This document shows positions 30,364-39,225 of a stretch of 64,000 bases of DNA, one piece after another (positions within the stretch are counted from its first letter, which is position 1; every line of letters begins with the position of its first letter). The DNA is from an uncultured delta proteobacterium. Its GTDB lineage: Bacteria > Desulfobacterota > Binatia > UBA9968. The notes beneath the pieces are model-generated. The model did not search any database and had not been told where the DNA came from. It saw nothing but the letters and a program-made list of their open reading frames with translations. Location of the stretch: the NCBI GenBank assembly GCA_963771465.1, contig CAVYTU010000017.1, positions 608,001 through 672,000 on the forward strand, in the 5' to 3' direction. Position numbers and translations under genes: made by a program.

Positions 30364-31314
30364 CTACCGCAGTGCCTTATTCACGAAACTAAAATCGAAA
30401 ACCTGATTGATCGATGCGTCCTTGGATGCGTCGCCTAAACTTTTCTGGGTGAACTCGATGGCGCCTTTCATCCACGCGTCGTCGGCAGAGCCGTTGAGCG
30501 GCAAGCGGCTTAAATATAGTTCGAAAAATTGATCGGCAAGCGCGGCATCCTTGATCGCGAAATAATCCGCGGCGATCTTTTTTGCTTCAGTGCGATTTTG
30601 CCGGGCGAATTGCAGCCCGCGCACGCTGCCTTTGACGAACGCTTGCAGCTCGGCGCCCTTGCTCTTGATCGTGTCATCGGTGACGCCGATGCCGCCGCTC
30701 GGATAGGTCGGCATGTAGTCGCCGGAGTAGCCGATGCGATTGAAGCCTTCACGCGCTAATATCAATGGCCGTGGCGGTGTTAGCAACGCGGCGGCGATAC
30801 GTCCGGCGCGCAGCGCCAGCACCGTGTCTTCCTGGCCGCCGATGACCAGACTCGTGACATCTTTGTTCGGTGCCAAGCCATGCTTTTGCACCATCAGCTG
30901 CGTCAGCAAATCGACGGCGCCGCCGCGCGACGAGATGCCGACGAACTTGCCCTTGAGATCGGCCATGGAACGAATATCTTTTTGCGCCACCATGTCGAAC
31001 TGGGGCTTGGCTGAGGCGATGAAAACCAGTTTGACTGGGATGCCGCGCACCGCGGCAGCGATGGTCGAGCCGGACGCCGAGGTGAAATCGACCGAGCCGC
31101 CGAGCAATGCTTGCATGCCAACGGCGCCGCGGATGAATATGACCTCGACTTCGAGGCCTTCCTCGCGGTAAAAGCCTTTGATTTGCGCCATTCGAAACGG
31201 CAACTCCGCGATTGACGCGGCGCTCACCGAGAAGCGGACTTTTTTTAGCTGAGCAAAGAGTGGAGAGGTACAGCTGAAAATGAACACCGCGGTGCAGAAG
31301 AGTAGGGTCCACAT
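30364..31314 (-). CDS. NMT1/TauA-like substrate-binding protein
   Basis: KGFYREEGLEVE, ALLGGSVD, DLKGKFVGISSRG, VFDFSFV. Confidence 0.88.
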   Translation of the reverse strand: MWTLLFCTAVFIFSCTSPLFAQLKKVRFSVSAASIAELPFRMAQIKGFYREEGLEVEVIFIRGAVGMQALLGGSVDFTSASGSTIAAAVRGIPVKLVFIASAKPQFDMVAQKDIRSMADLKGKFVGISSRGGAVDLLTQLMVQKHGLAPNKDVTSLVIGGQEDTVLALRAGRIAAALLTPPRPLILAREGFNRIGYSGDYMPTYPSGGIGVTDDTIKSKGAELQAFVKGSVRGLQFARQNRTEAKKIAADYFAIKDAALADQFFELYLSRLPLNGSADDAWMKGAIEFTQKSLGDASKDASINQVFDFSFVNKALR

Positions 31315-31322
31315 GGCTAGTC

Positions 31323-31423
31323 AGTAAACATGGCCGCGATTAGACTGTCAACTAATCTTGTCGCCCGCTCCGACATGAGCTGATCAGAGCGGATTTGACG
31401 CGTTCATGGCGATGACGTAAACC
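31323..31423. promoter_or_regulatory. Divergent sigma70-type promoters
   Basis: Minus: TTGACA-N17-TTTACT, 8 nt before ATG 31314. Plus: TTGACG-N17-TAAACC upstream of 31442. Confidence 0.55.
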
Positions 31424-31441
31424 AGCAAGGGGGTACCGAAC

Positions 31442-32419
31442 ATGCCGACCGCAATCGCACGCGTCGCCTTTACGATAACACTTGTCGCTTACTTATCCGC
31501 GCCGACGCTGGCGCAAGATAAATTGACCCGAATCCGCGTCGCTTATCCGAGCGGCGGAATTTGCTGTCTGGCGATGTACGGCGCGATCCAATGGAAAATC
31601 TTCGAAGAAAATGGCCTGTTCGCCGAGATCGTGCAGATTCGCTCGCAAGTCGGCAACATGGCGTTGATGGCCAACGAGATCCAATACTTTACCGGCGTCG
31701 GACCGGCTTCGGTGAGCGCGACTTTGCGCGGTATGGCGTCGCGCGGCATTTGGTTCGCGTCGGACCAACTGATTTATTCGCTGATGGCGCGGCCGGAGTT
31801 TCAAAATTTGCGCGATCTGCGGAACAAAAAGATCGGTGTCACAGGACTTGGTGGCACGCAGCATGTCGCGTTGCAAATAGCACTGGAAGGCGCCGGCGAG
31901 AATCCGAAGAATTTTGCTTATGTTGTCCTCGGCGCGGCGCAGCTATTGCCGGCGTTGGAAAGCGGCATTGTCGACGCGGCCATGTTCAGCCCGCCGTTCG
32001 ATTTTTACGCAAAGAAAAAACGCTTCCGCGAAGTGCTCGATGTCGGTTCTAAAGTAAAAATGCCGCTTGGCGGCTTGACGACGATGGTCTCGACGATCCG
32101 CAGCCGGCCTGACGAAGCGAAGCGCGTGCTGCGCTCGTTGCAATTGGCCAAACAAGAAGTTCTGCGCTCCAAGGAAAAAGCCACGGCGCTGATCCTGAAA
32201 TACTTACAAGTCGACAAAGAAGCCGCGGATGACACCTACGCGGTGTACAAGAAAACCGTCAGCGGTAGCGGCGTGCCGACGCATGAGGGAATGGACTTGA
32301 TCATGAAATCGCTGCAAGCCGCCGGCCAGTTCACCGACCGCAAAGTGGCCTTTGACGAGATCGCCGATGACCGGATCGCCAAGGAAGTGGCACGGGAGCT
32401 TGGGTACAAGCTGCCGTGA
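31442..32419 (+). CDS. NMT1/TauA-like substrate-binding protein
   Basis: Signal peptide, IFEENGL, DLRNKKIGVTGLGG, ALESG.VDAA. Confidence 0.87.
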   Translation: MPTAIARVAFTITLVAYLSAPTLAQDKLTRIRVAYPSGGICCLAMYGAIQWKIFEENGLFAEIVQIRSQVGNMALMANEIQYFTGVGPASVSATLRGMASRGIWFASDQLIYSLMARPEFQNLRDLRNKKIGVTGLGGTQHVALQIALEGAGENPKNFAYVVLGAAQLLPALESGIVDAAMFSPPFDFYAKKKRFREVLDVGSKVKMPLGGLTTMVSTIRSRPDEAKRVLRSLQLAKQEVLRSKEKATALILKYLQVDKEAADDTYAVYKKTVSGSGVPTHEGMDLIMKSLQAAGQFTDRKVAFDEIADDRIAKEVARELGYKLP

Positions 32420-32511
32420 ATTACAAATTTCAAACTACAGATTCCAAATTAGGTGCACCGAGTTTCTGCATCGACCGGCGATTTGGAATATGGAATTTGT
32501 AATCTGGAATT
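32419..32511. repeat. Palindromic element of 7-nt ATTCCAR/YTGGAAT units
   Basis: AATTACA-AATTTCA-AACTACA-GATTCCA-AAT ... ATT-TGGAATA-TGGAATT-TGTAATC-TGGAATT. Confidence 0.85.
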
Positions 32512-32516
32512 GAAGA

Positions 32517-32870
32517 ATGAATGAGCAAGCGAATTTTGACTTGGCCAGCGCTAAAAAGGCCGTCGTGGACGCGCTGCGTCAACGCTCGAAGAAAGCGCGC
32601 TTTATAACTGAAGTTACAGCATCACTGCGCCGATTCGATATCGGCAAGGATAAGATAGAACAGGCGCTGAGCGACCTTCAAAGCGAAGGCGTCGTGGTTG
32701 TTAGAGACAATTTTTGCGCCGATCCGCATTTGGCCAACGTCGACCTCCGGGTGGCTGCGTTAGTGGACGAGTGCGAAGGCGCCAACGCACAGGTGGCGGC
32801 GCTAAAGGAGATCGACCTGGCGTGGAATAAGTGGCTCGGTGAATATCTGGCGAACCACCGGTGTGGCTGA
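32517..32870 (+). CDS. Small hypothetical protein; possible winged-helix N-terminus, CxxxH and HxC motifs
   Basis: 117 aa ORF filling the gap between repeats; FCADPH and terminal NHRCG. Confidence 0.7.
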   Translation: MNEQANFDLASAKKAVVDALRQRSKKARFITEVTASLRRFDIGKDKIEQALSDLQSEGVVVVRDNFCADPHLANVDLRVAALVDECEGANAQVAALKEIDLAWNKWLGEYLANHRCG

Positions 32871-32889
32871 GCGCGGCGTAGTTACCGGG

Positions 32890-32930
32890 CGTTCAAATAG
32901 TTCAAAACGTTCAAGTCGTTCAAATCGTTT
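32890..32930 (+). repeat. Tandem 9-nt GTTCAA units (single arm of a palindromic element family)
   Basis: CGTTCAAAT-AGTTCAAAA-CGTTCAAGT-CGTTCAAAT-CGTTT. Confidence 0.75.
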
Positions 32931-33001
32931 CCGGAGGTAATCTTTTATCCTACAGTTTGCTCCCTTGAAATGGGGTGTGGTGAGTACGGGAGGAAGATAG
33001 G

Positions 33002-35056
33002 TTGAGAGTCGCAGTTGATATCGGCGGGACGTTTACGGACGTGGTCGTCTTCGATGAAGCCGAGCGTGACTTGTCGTTGGCTAAGACTTTGTCGACGCCG
33101 GCGGAGCTGGCGCGCGGCGTGCTCGACGGCTTGACTAAAGCAGCGGTGCGCTTTGAACAGATGACGACGTTGATTCACGGCTCGACCATTGTGGTTAACG
33201 CGATCATTGAGCGCAAGGGGGCGAAGACTGCGCTGGTGACGACCAAAGGCTTTCGCGACGTGTATGAGATCGGCCGGATCAATCGGCCGGAGTCGTTCAA
33301 TCCGCGCTTTCGCAAACACCGGCCGCTGGTGCCGCGGGAAGATATTTTCGAAGTCAGCGAGCGCATGCTCGCCGACGGCTCGGTGCGCACGCCGTTCGAC
33401 GACCAAGAGGCGCGCGAGGTGGCGCGCTTTATCAAAGACGAAGGCTTCGAAGCGGTGGCGGTGTTGTTTCTGCACTCCTACCGCGCGCCGGAACATGAGA
33501 TCCGCATGCGCGAGATCCTGCGCGATACCGAGCCGAAGTTGTTCGTCAGCGTGTCGCACGAACTGTCCCGCGAGTATCGCGAGTACGAGCGAACCTCCAC
33601 CGTTGCCGCCAACGCCTACGTCGGACCGATCGTCAGCCAATATCTCGGTGATCTTGAGCGCCGCTTACAGGACAAGAAATTCGCTGGCAGCTTGATGATC
33701 ATGCAGTCCAACGGCGGCCTCTCGGATGTTGAGATGGCTCGTCGTCAGTGCATTCAAATGATGGAGTCGGGGCCGGCGGGCGGTGTGGTCGGCACCATGG
33801 CGCTATGCGAGCTGCTCGATCTCGAAGCGGCGATCGCGTTTGACATGGGCGGCACGACGGCGAAAGCCTGCGTCATTCGGCGTGGCGAGCCGAGTTTGTC
33901 GCCGGATTATTTCATCGGCGGCTACAACGAAGGCTTGGCGATCCGCATCCCCGTGCTCGACATTGTCGAAGTCGGCACCGGCGGCGGCAGCATCGCTTAT
34001 TTGGATGAAGGCGGGGGGCTGCACGTCGGTCCCAAGAGCGCTGGCGCCGAGCCTGGGCCGGCGAGTTACGGCCGCGGCGGCACTGAGCCGACGGTCACCG
34101 ATGCCAACGTGATTCTCGGCCGGCTTTCACCGGAAAATTTTCTTGGCGGTGAGATGACACTGGATCGCCCTGCGGCTGAGAGCGCGTTGCGCGACCGACT
34201 CGCAAAGCCGCTGAACCTGTCATTGGAGCGCGCGGCGGCAGGGATGCTTCAAGTGGCAACTTCGGCGATGGCCAATGCGGTGCGTCATGTAACCTTGGAG
34301 CGCGGTCTTGATCCGCGCGATTTTACCCTGGTTGCTTACGGCGGCGGCGGACCGCTGCATGCCGCTTCCGTCGCTAAGGAATTGTCGATTGGTAAAATAA
34401 TCATTCCCAATGCGCCGGGCCATTTTTCTGCCCTCGGCATGTTGATGGCGGATTTGCGCCGCGACTACGTGCAGACGCTGTTCGAGCGCTTGGACGATCT
34501 GGAAATGAATGAGCTTGAAGCGCAATTCAGAAAACTCGAAGCCGAAGGAAGAAACGCATTGGCCGATTCCGGCATTCCCACCGACCGCATTGTCTTCGAG
34601 CGCGCGGCTGACATGCGTTATGTCGGACAAGAACACGCCGTCGCCGTGCGCATGCCCGCTAATGTCGACAGCGAAGAGGCGCGCGCGGAAGTGAAGCGAC
34701 GCTTCGACGACGCGCACGATCTGCGTTACAGCCACAGCGCGCCGGAAGAGTCCGCCGATATCGTAAGCCTGCGTGTCTCGGCGATCGGCCGGTTGAACAA
34801 ACCGGAGTTCCCGCAGATTGCAAAGGGTGATGCGGCGCCGCCAGCAGGCGGGCGCCGCGGCGAGCGTTCGGTGGATTTCGACGGTGCGGGCGCCTTGGCG
34901 GCAATGGTTTACGATCGGACCAAGCTGCGAGCAGGCAACGTCATCCACGGACCGGCGATTATCGAAGAGGTCGCGTCGACGACGGTAGTGGAGTCGGGGA
35001 ATTGGGTGACGGTGAATGAGTATGGGCATCTGGTGATGGAATTAGCAGGAACATAG
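33002..35056 (+). CDS. Hydantoinase A/5-oxoprolinase ATP-binding subunit
   Basis: DIGGTFTD, REYERTST..ANAY, MQSNGG, ESGPAGG, DMGGTT, GTGGGS, SAGAEPGP, DMRYVGQ; TTG start with RBS GGAGG. Confidence 0.95.
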   Translation: MRVAVDIGGTFTDVVVFDEAERDLSLAKTLSTPAELARGVLDGLTKAAVRFEQMTTLIHGSTIVVNAIIERKGAKTALVTTKGFRDVYEIGRINRPESFNPRFRKHRPLVPREDIFEVSERMLADGSVRTPFDDQEAREVARFIKDEGFEAVAVLFLHSYRAPEHEIRMREILRDTEPKLFVSVSHELSREYREYERTSTVAANAYVGPIVSQYLGDLERRLQDKKFAGSLMIMQSNGGLSDVEMARRQCIQMMESGPAGGVVGTMALCELLDLEAAIAFDMGGTTAKACVIRRGEPSLSPDYFIGGYNEGLAIRIPVLDIVEVGTGGGSIAYLDEGGGLHVGPKSAGAEPGPASYGRGGTEPTVTDANVILGRLSPENFLGGEMTLDRPAAESALRDRLAKPLNLSLERAAAGMLQVATSAMANAVRHVTLERGLDPRDFTLVAYGGGGPLHAASVAKELSIGKIIIPNAPGHFSALGMLMADLRRDYVQTLFERLDDLEMNELEAQFRKLEAEGRNALADSGIPTDRIVFERAADMRYVGQEHAVAVRMPANVDSEEARAEVKRRFDDAHDLRYSHSAPEESADIVSLRVSAIGRLNKPEFPQIAKGDAAPPAGGRRGERSVDFDGAGALAAMVYDRTKLRAGNVIHGPAIIEEVASTTVVESGNWVTVNEYGHLVMELAGT

Positions 35057-35077
35057 TAGATGCGCTGAATCCGAATC

Positions 35078-35512
35078 CGTCATTCCCGTGAAAACGGGAA
35101 TCTAAATTGTTCATGGAAAGGCAACCAGCCGTATACATTATGGAGTGAAACGTGCTTGGGAACATAAGAACGATTCGGTGGATGGCTTCACCAAGCGATA
35201 TAGTGTTCATCACCTAGTTTATTACGAGTTGCACGACGACATGCTATCAGCGGTCACACGAGAGAAGCAGCTGAAGAAATGGAACCGGGCGTGGAAGCTG
35301 GAATTGATCGAGACGCAGAATCCAGGCTGGAACGATTTGTGGAAAGATATGATGTGAGCGTGGGTGAATGCCTGGATTCCCGCTCCGCGGGAATGACGGA
35401 ACCGGAGAGCGTAGGGTTCCTGATGAGATTCATTCTGTGTCCGTTACCCCCGAATGTAGTTATCGGGGGTCCAGGTTCGGATTCGCCTGGATTCCCGTTG
35501 TCACGGGAATGA
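35078..35512. mobile_element. GIY-YIG nuclease cassette flanked by inverted CGTC-tagged ATTCCC-N8-GGGAAT palindromes
   Basis: CGTCATTCCCGTGAAAACGGGAATC (35078), inverted copies at 35372-35398 and 35487-35512, variant at 35442-35474; sits between hydantoinase A and B genes. Confidence 0.75.
35113..35357 (+). pseudogene. GIY-YIG nuclease (UPF0213/YhbQ-like) with internal deletion and frameshift
   Basis: MERQPAVYIM then directly VKRAWEHK...GFTKRY.V..LVYYE...REKQLKKWNRAWKLELIE..NP.W.DL in another frame; the GTLYIGVT segment is absent. Confidence 0.85.
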
Positions 35513-35552
35513 GGGATTGCGCAGAATCAGCAGCTTAGGTGACTTGAGAAAT

Positions 35553-37349
35553 ATGGAATCTGGAATTTTGAATACCTCGCGTAGCGAGGTCGATGCATTC
35601 ACCGCCGAAGTGATTCGCAGCGCTCTGGTCGCGATCACTGGCGAGATGAAGACTAATCTGATGCGCACGGCGTATCATACGATTATTTATGAGGCCGAGG
35701 ACTTCACCGTCGGCTTGTTCGATGCCGACGGCAATACCATCTCCATCGGTCTTGGCTTGCCGATGTTCATTCGCGGTCTGTCCGATGCGATCAAGGCGAA
35801 GATCGCGCACTGGGGTAAGGAAAACATTCTTCCCGGCGATATTTTGCTCACCAACGACAGCTACATCATGGGCAGCCATTTGAACCATATGATTTATACG
35901 CTGCCGATCTTCAACGACGGCGAGTTGGTGGCGTTCTCGTCGTCGATGGCGCACTGGCAAGATATCGGCGGACAGTTGGGCGGCGTGACGCGGGATATTT
36001 TTTCCGAAGGCTTGCAGATGCCGTTCGTCAAACACTTTCGCGCAGGTGTGGAGAATCCTGAGATCACCGCGATCATCAAGGCCAACGTGCGCGTCCCCGA
36101 AACGGCGATGGGCGACATGCGCGCGCAGCTGGCGTCGATCCGCACCGGCGAGCGGCGCGTGATGCATTTGCTCAAGCGCTATGGCAACCAAGCATTCAAT
36201 GACAGCATTCAACTGATTTACGAGCAGAGCGAAAAACTCGCGCGTGCTGCGGTGCGGCAGATTCCCGACGGGGTTTACCAAGCCGAGTCGTTCATGGACG
36301 ATGACGGCGTCAACCTCGGCAAACCTATTCCGATCAAGGTTCGCGTCGAAGTCAAAGACGATCAGATGACCATCGATCTGAGCAACGTCAGCCCGCAGGT
36401 AGCGGGATTTTACAATTCCGGCGTGACCGCGGGTTTGTCAGCGGCTGAAGTCGTTTTCAAATGCATCACGACGCCGCTGCTCTTGCCGATCAACGACGGC
36501 TCGTTTCGGCCGTTGAAAATCATCCTTCCGCTCGGCCGAGTCATCAGCGCGGTCAAGCCCGCGCCGGTGCGGGTGTGGATGACCGTACCGATGACCGTGT
36601 GCGACACGCTTTTCCGCGCGCTTGCTCCCGCTTGTCCGGAGCGTACCATCGCCGGCCACTACGCCGATCTGTGTACGGTCAATCCGCACGGCTTCGACCC
36701 GGAAACGGGACGGTTTTTCTGGTCGCACATCGGACATCCCGGCGGCGGCTGGGGCGCGAAACATGATGAAGATGGCATGAGCGCGACGGTGTGCTTGAAC
36801 GACGGCGATACCCACAATGCGCCGGTGGAAGCCACCGAAGCGAAGAATCCGATCATCGTCGAGCACCGCGCGCTGCGCCAAGACTCCGGCGGCGCGGGCA
36901 AGTTTCGCGGCGGCCTTGGGGTGTCCAATGAAATCCGCATGCGCCGGCCAGCGACGATCCACGCCCACGTTGAGAGAACGATCTGCGCGCCCTGGGGTTT
37001 GCACGGCGGCAACGACGCGCTCGCCAATCGCATATTTATCCGGCGCGACGACGGCGTCGTCGAGAATTTCCCCACCGGGAAAATCAAGCCGACTGAGATC
37101 GACAAAGGCGACGGTTTCACGGTGGAGACCGCCGGCGGCGGCGGGTTCTGGAGCGCATTGGAGCGCCCGGCGAAAAAAGTGCTCGCTGACGTGCGCTCGG
37201 GTTACGTGTCGGTCGAAGCGGCGCGGCGCGACTACGGCGTGGCGATAACGCAGAGCGGGCGCAAGTTCGAGTTGGATATTGAGGCTACTGTGGTCATGCG
37301 GCGCGCGCGAGCAATTGCAAATTCCAAATTACAGATTCCAGATTGTTAG
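35553..37349 (+). CDS. Hydantoinase B/oxoprolinase subunit, copy 1
   Basis: RTAY..IIYE..DF, PGDILLTND, HLNH, AHWQDIGG, EGLQMP, DSGGAGKFRGG, GGGG. Confidence 0.93.
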   Translation: MESGILNTSRSEVDAFTAEVIRSALVAITGEMKTNLMRTAYHTIIYEAEDFTVGLFDADGNTISIGLGLPMFIRGLSDAIKAKIAHWGKENILPGDILLTNDSYIMGSHLNHMIYTLPIFNDGELVAFSSSMAHWQDIGGQLGGVTRDIFSEGLQMPFVKHFRAGVENPEITAIIKANVRVPETAMGDMRAQLASIRTGERRVMHLLKRYGNQAFNDSIQLIYEQSEKLARAAVRQIPDGVYQAESFMDDDGVNLGKPIPIKVRVEVKDDQMTIDLSNVSPQVAGFYNSGVTAGLSAAEVVFKCITTPLLLPINDGSFRPLKIILPLGRVISAVKPAPVRVWMTVPMTVCDTLFRALAPACPERTIAGHYADLCTVNPHGFDPETGRFFWSHIGHPGGGWGAKHDEDGMSATVCLNDGDTHNAPVEATEAKNPIIVEHRALRQDSGGAGKFRGGLGVSNEIRMRRPATIHAHVERTICAPWGLHGGNDALANRIFIRRDDGVVENFPTGKIKPTEIDKGDGFTVETAGGGGFWSALERPAKKVLADVRSGYVSVEAARRDYGVAITQSGRKFELDIEATVVMRRARAIANSKLQIPDC

Positions 37350-37396
37350 AGGGAATTACCGAGGTTTTTTGCAAATTGGAATATGGAATCTGGAAT
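37313..37396. repeat. 7-nt-unit palindromic element overlapping the end of hydantoinase B copy 1 and the start of copy 2
   Basis: AATTGCA-AATTCCA-AATTACA-GATTCCA-GATT ... AAT-TGGAATA-TGGAATC-TGGAAT; same family as 32419-32511. Confidence 0.85.
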
Positions 37397-39161
37397 GTTA
37401 GACGCCAACTGCAGCGAGGTCGATCCTTTCACGGCTGAAGTAATCCGCAGCTCGGTGGTCGCCATCACCGATGAGATGAAAACCAATCTCATGCGCACGG
37501 CGTACAACATGATCATTTATGAAGCCGAAGATTTTACCGTCGGGCTGTTCGATGCCGGCGGCAATACGATTTCCATCGGCCTCGGTCTGCCGATGTTTAT
37601 TCGCGGCTTGTCGGATGCGATCAAAGCGAAGCTCAAGCATTGGGGCAAGGAAAATATTCATCCCGGCGATATTCTCCTCACCAACGATCCGCAGGTGATG
37701 GGAAGTCATCTCAATCACATGATTTTTTCGCTGCCGATCTTTTATGACGGCGAGCTGATCGCCTTTTCGTCATCCATGGGACACTGGCAGGACGTCGGTG
37801 GCGTGCTCGGCGCGGTGACGCGGGATATTTTTTCCGAGGGCTTGCAGATGCCGTTCGTGAAGATTTTCAAAGACGGCAAGCAAGATGCTGAACTCACCGC
37901 GATCATCCGCACGAACTGCCGGCTACCGGAGTTCGCCATGGGCGACTTTCGCGCGCAGATCGCGGCGATCCGCACCGGCGAGCGGCGCGTGACACGGCTG
38001 CTGGACCGTTACGGCGTCGAGACCTTCAAGCAAAGCCTCGAGTTGATCTTTGACCAGAGTGAAAAACTGGCGCGCGCGGCGGTGCAAAAAATTCCCGACG
38101 GCGTCTACGAAGCCGAGTCGTTTATGGACGACGACGGCGTCAATATCGGCAAACCTATTCCGATCAAAGTGCGCGTCGAAGTTTGCGGCGACGGGATGAC
38201 CATTGACTTGAGCGGCGTGAGCCCGCAGGTTGCGGGACCGTATAATTCCGGCTCGACCGCCGGGCGCTCTGCTACCGAGGTGGCTTTCAAGTTTCTTACC
38301 ACGCCGTTGCTGCTACCGATCAACGAAGGCTCGTTTCGCCCGCTTAAAATAATTCTGCCTCCAGGCCGCATTGTCAGCGCAACCAAGCCGGCGCCGGTGC
38401 GTACCTGGATGACCGTGCCTATGACGGTATCGGACACGATCTTCAAAGCGCTGGCGCCTGCGTGTCCCGACAATGTGCTCGCCGGCCATCATGCCGATCT
38501 GGCGGCGCCGCGCACCTTCGGCCTCGATCCCAAAAACGGCCGCTCGTTTCATTTTCCGCCGATGCTGTCCGGCGGCGGTTGGGGTGCGCTGCACGACCGC
38601 GACGGCCAGAACGCTACTTTTTGCATCAACGACGGTGATACGCATAACACGCCGGTGGAGGCGGGCGAGGGACGCGCCCCGATTTTTGTGTCCTATCGCA
38701 AACTGCGCCAAGACTCCGGCGGCGCCGGCAAATTTCGCGGCGGGCTTGGCGTGTCGCAGGAAGTTCGCTTGCTATCGGCGGGCAGCGTGCTATCGGCGAT
38801 GGAGCGTGCGCGCTGTGCGCCGTGGGGTTTGCACGGCGGCAAAGCCGCATTGTCGAATCGTTTCTCCGTTGTCCGCAAAGACGGCGCGGTCGAGCGCATG
38901 AGCACCGGCAAGACGCCGGGAATCGTCGCGTTGAATGAAGGCGATGGATTTCTTATCGAAGTCGGCGGCGGCGGTGGATTCTGGAACGCCTTTGAGCGCG
39001 ACCCTGCGCGCGTGCTGGCCGACGTGCGCTCGGGTTACGTTTCGCTGCAGGCAGCGCGAAGTGACTACGGTGTGGCGATCCGCCACGTCGGAAGAAGGTT
39101 CGAGTTGGATGTCGATGCCACCGCGGAGCTACGGCGCGGCGGGAAAGAGAAACAAATTTAG
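37383..39161 (+). CDS. Hydantoinase B/oxoprolinase subunit, copy 2 (close paralogue)
   Basis: Same motifs as copy 1, with long identical peptide runs. Confidence 0.93.
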   Translation: MESGMLDANCSEVDPFTAEVIRSSVVAITDEMKTNLMRTAYNMIIYEAEDFTVGLFDAGGNTISIGLGLPMFIRGLSDAIKAKLKHWGKENIHPGDILLTNDPQVMGSHLNHMIFSLPIFYDGELIAFSSSMGHWQDVGGVLGAVTRDIFSEGLQMPFVKIFKDGKQDAELTAIIRTNCRLPEFAMGDFRAQIAAIRTGERRVTRLLDRYGVETFKQSLELIFDQSEKLARAAVQKIPDGVYEAESFMDDDGVNIGKPIPIKVRVEVCGDGMTIDLSGVSPQVAGPYNSGSTAGRSATEVAFKFLTTPLLLPINEGSFRPLKIILPPGRIVSATKPAPVRTWMTVPMTVSDTIFKALAPACPDNVLAGHHADLAAPRTFGLDPKNGRSFHFPPMLSGGGWGALHDRDGQNATFCINDGDTHNTPVEAGEGRAPIFVSYRKLRQDSGGAGKFRGGLGVSQEVRLLSAGSVLSAMERARCAPWGLHGGKAALSNRFSVVRKDGAVERMSTGKTPGIVALNEGDGFLIEVGGGGGFWNAFERDPARVLADVRSGYVSLQAARSDYGVAIRHVGRRFELDVDATAELRRGGKEKQI

Positions 39162-39225
39162 CCGCACAATACGCAGAGGGCGCAAGGAATGTTTCGTTTG
39201 CGGCTTTGGAATTGAAGGGAAAGCG

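Noticed and set aside
32868-32900. Selenocysteine readthrough at NHRCG-TGA with an adjacent hairpin
   Set aside because: The hairpin includes the UGA itself and runs into the GTTCAA repeat; readthrough adds only about 9 residues; no convincing bacterial SECIS
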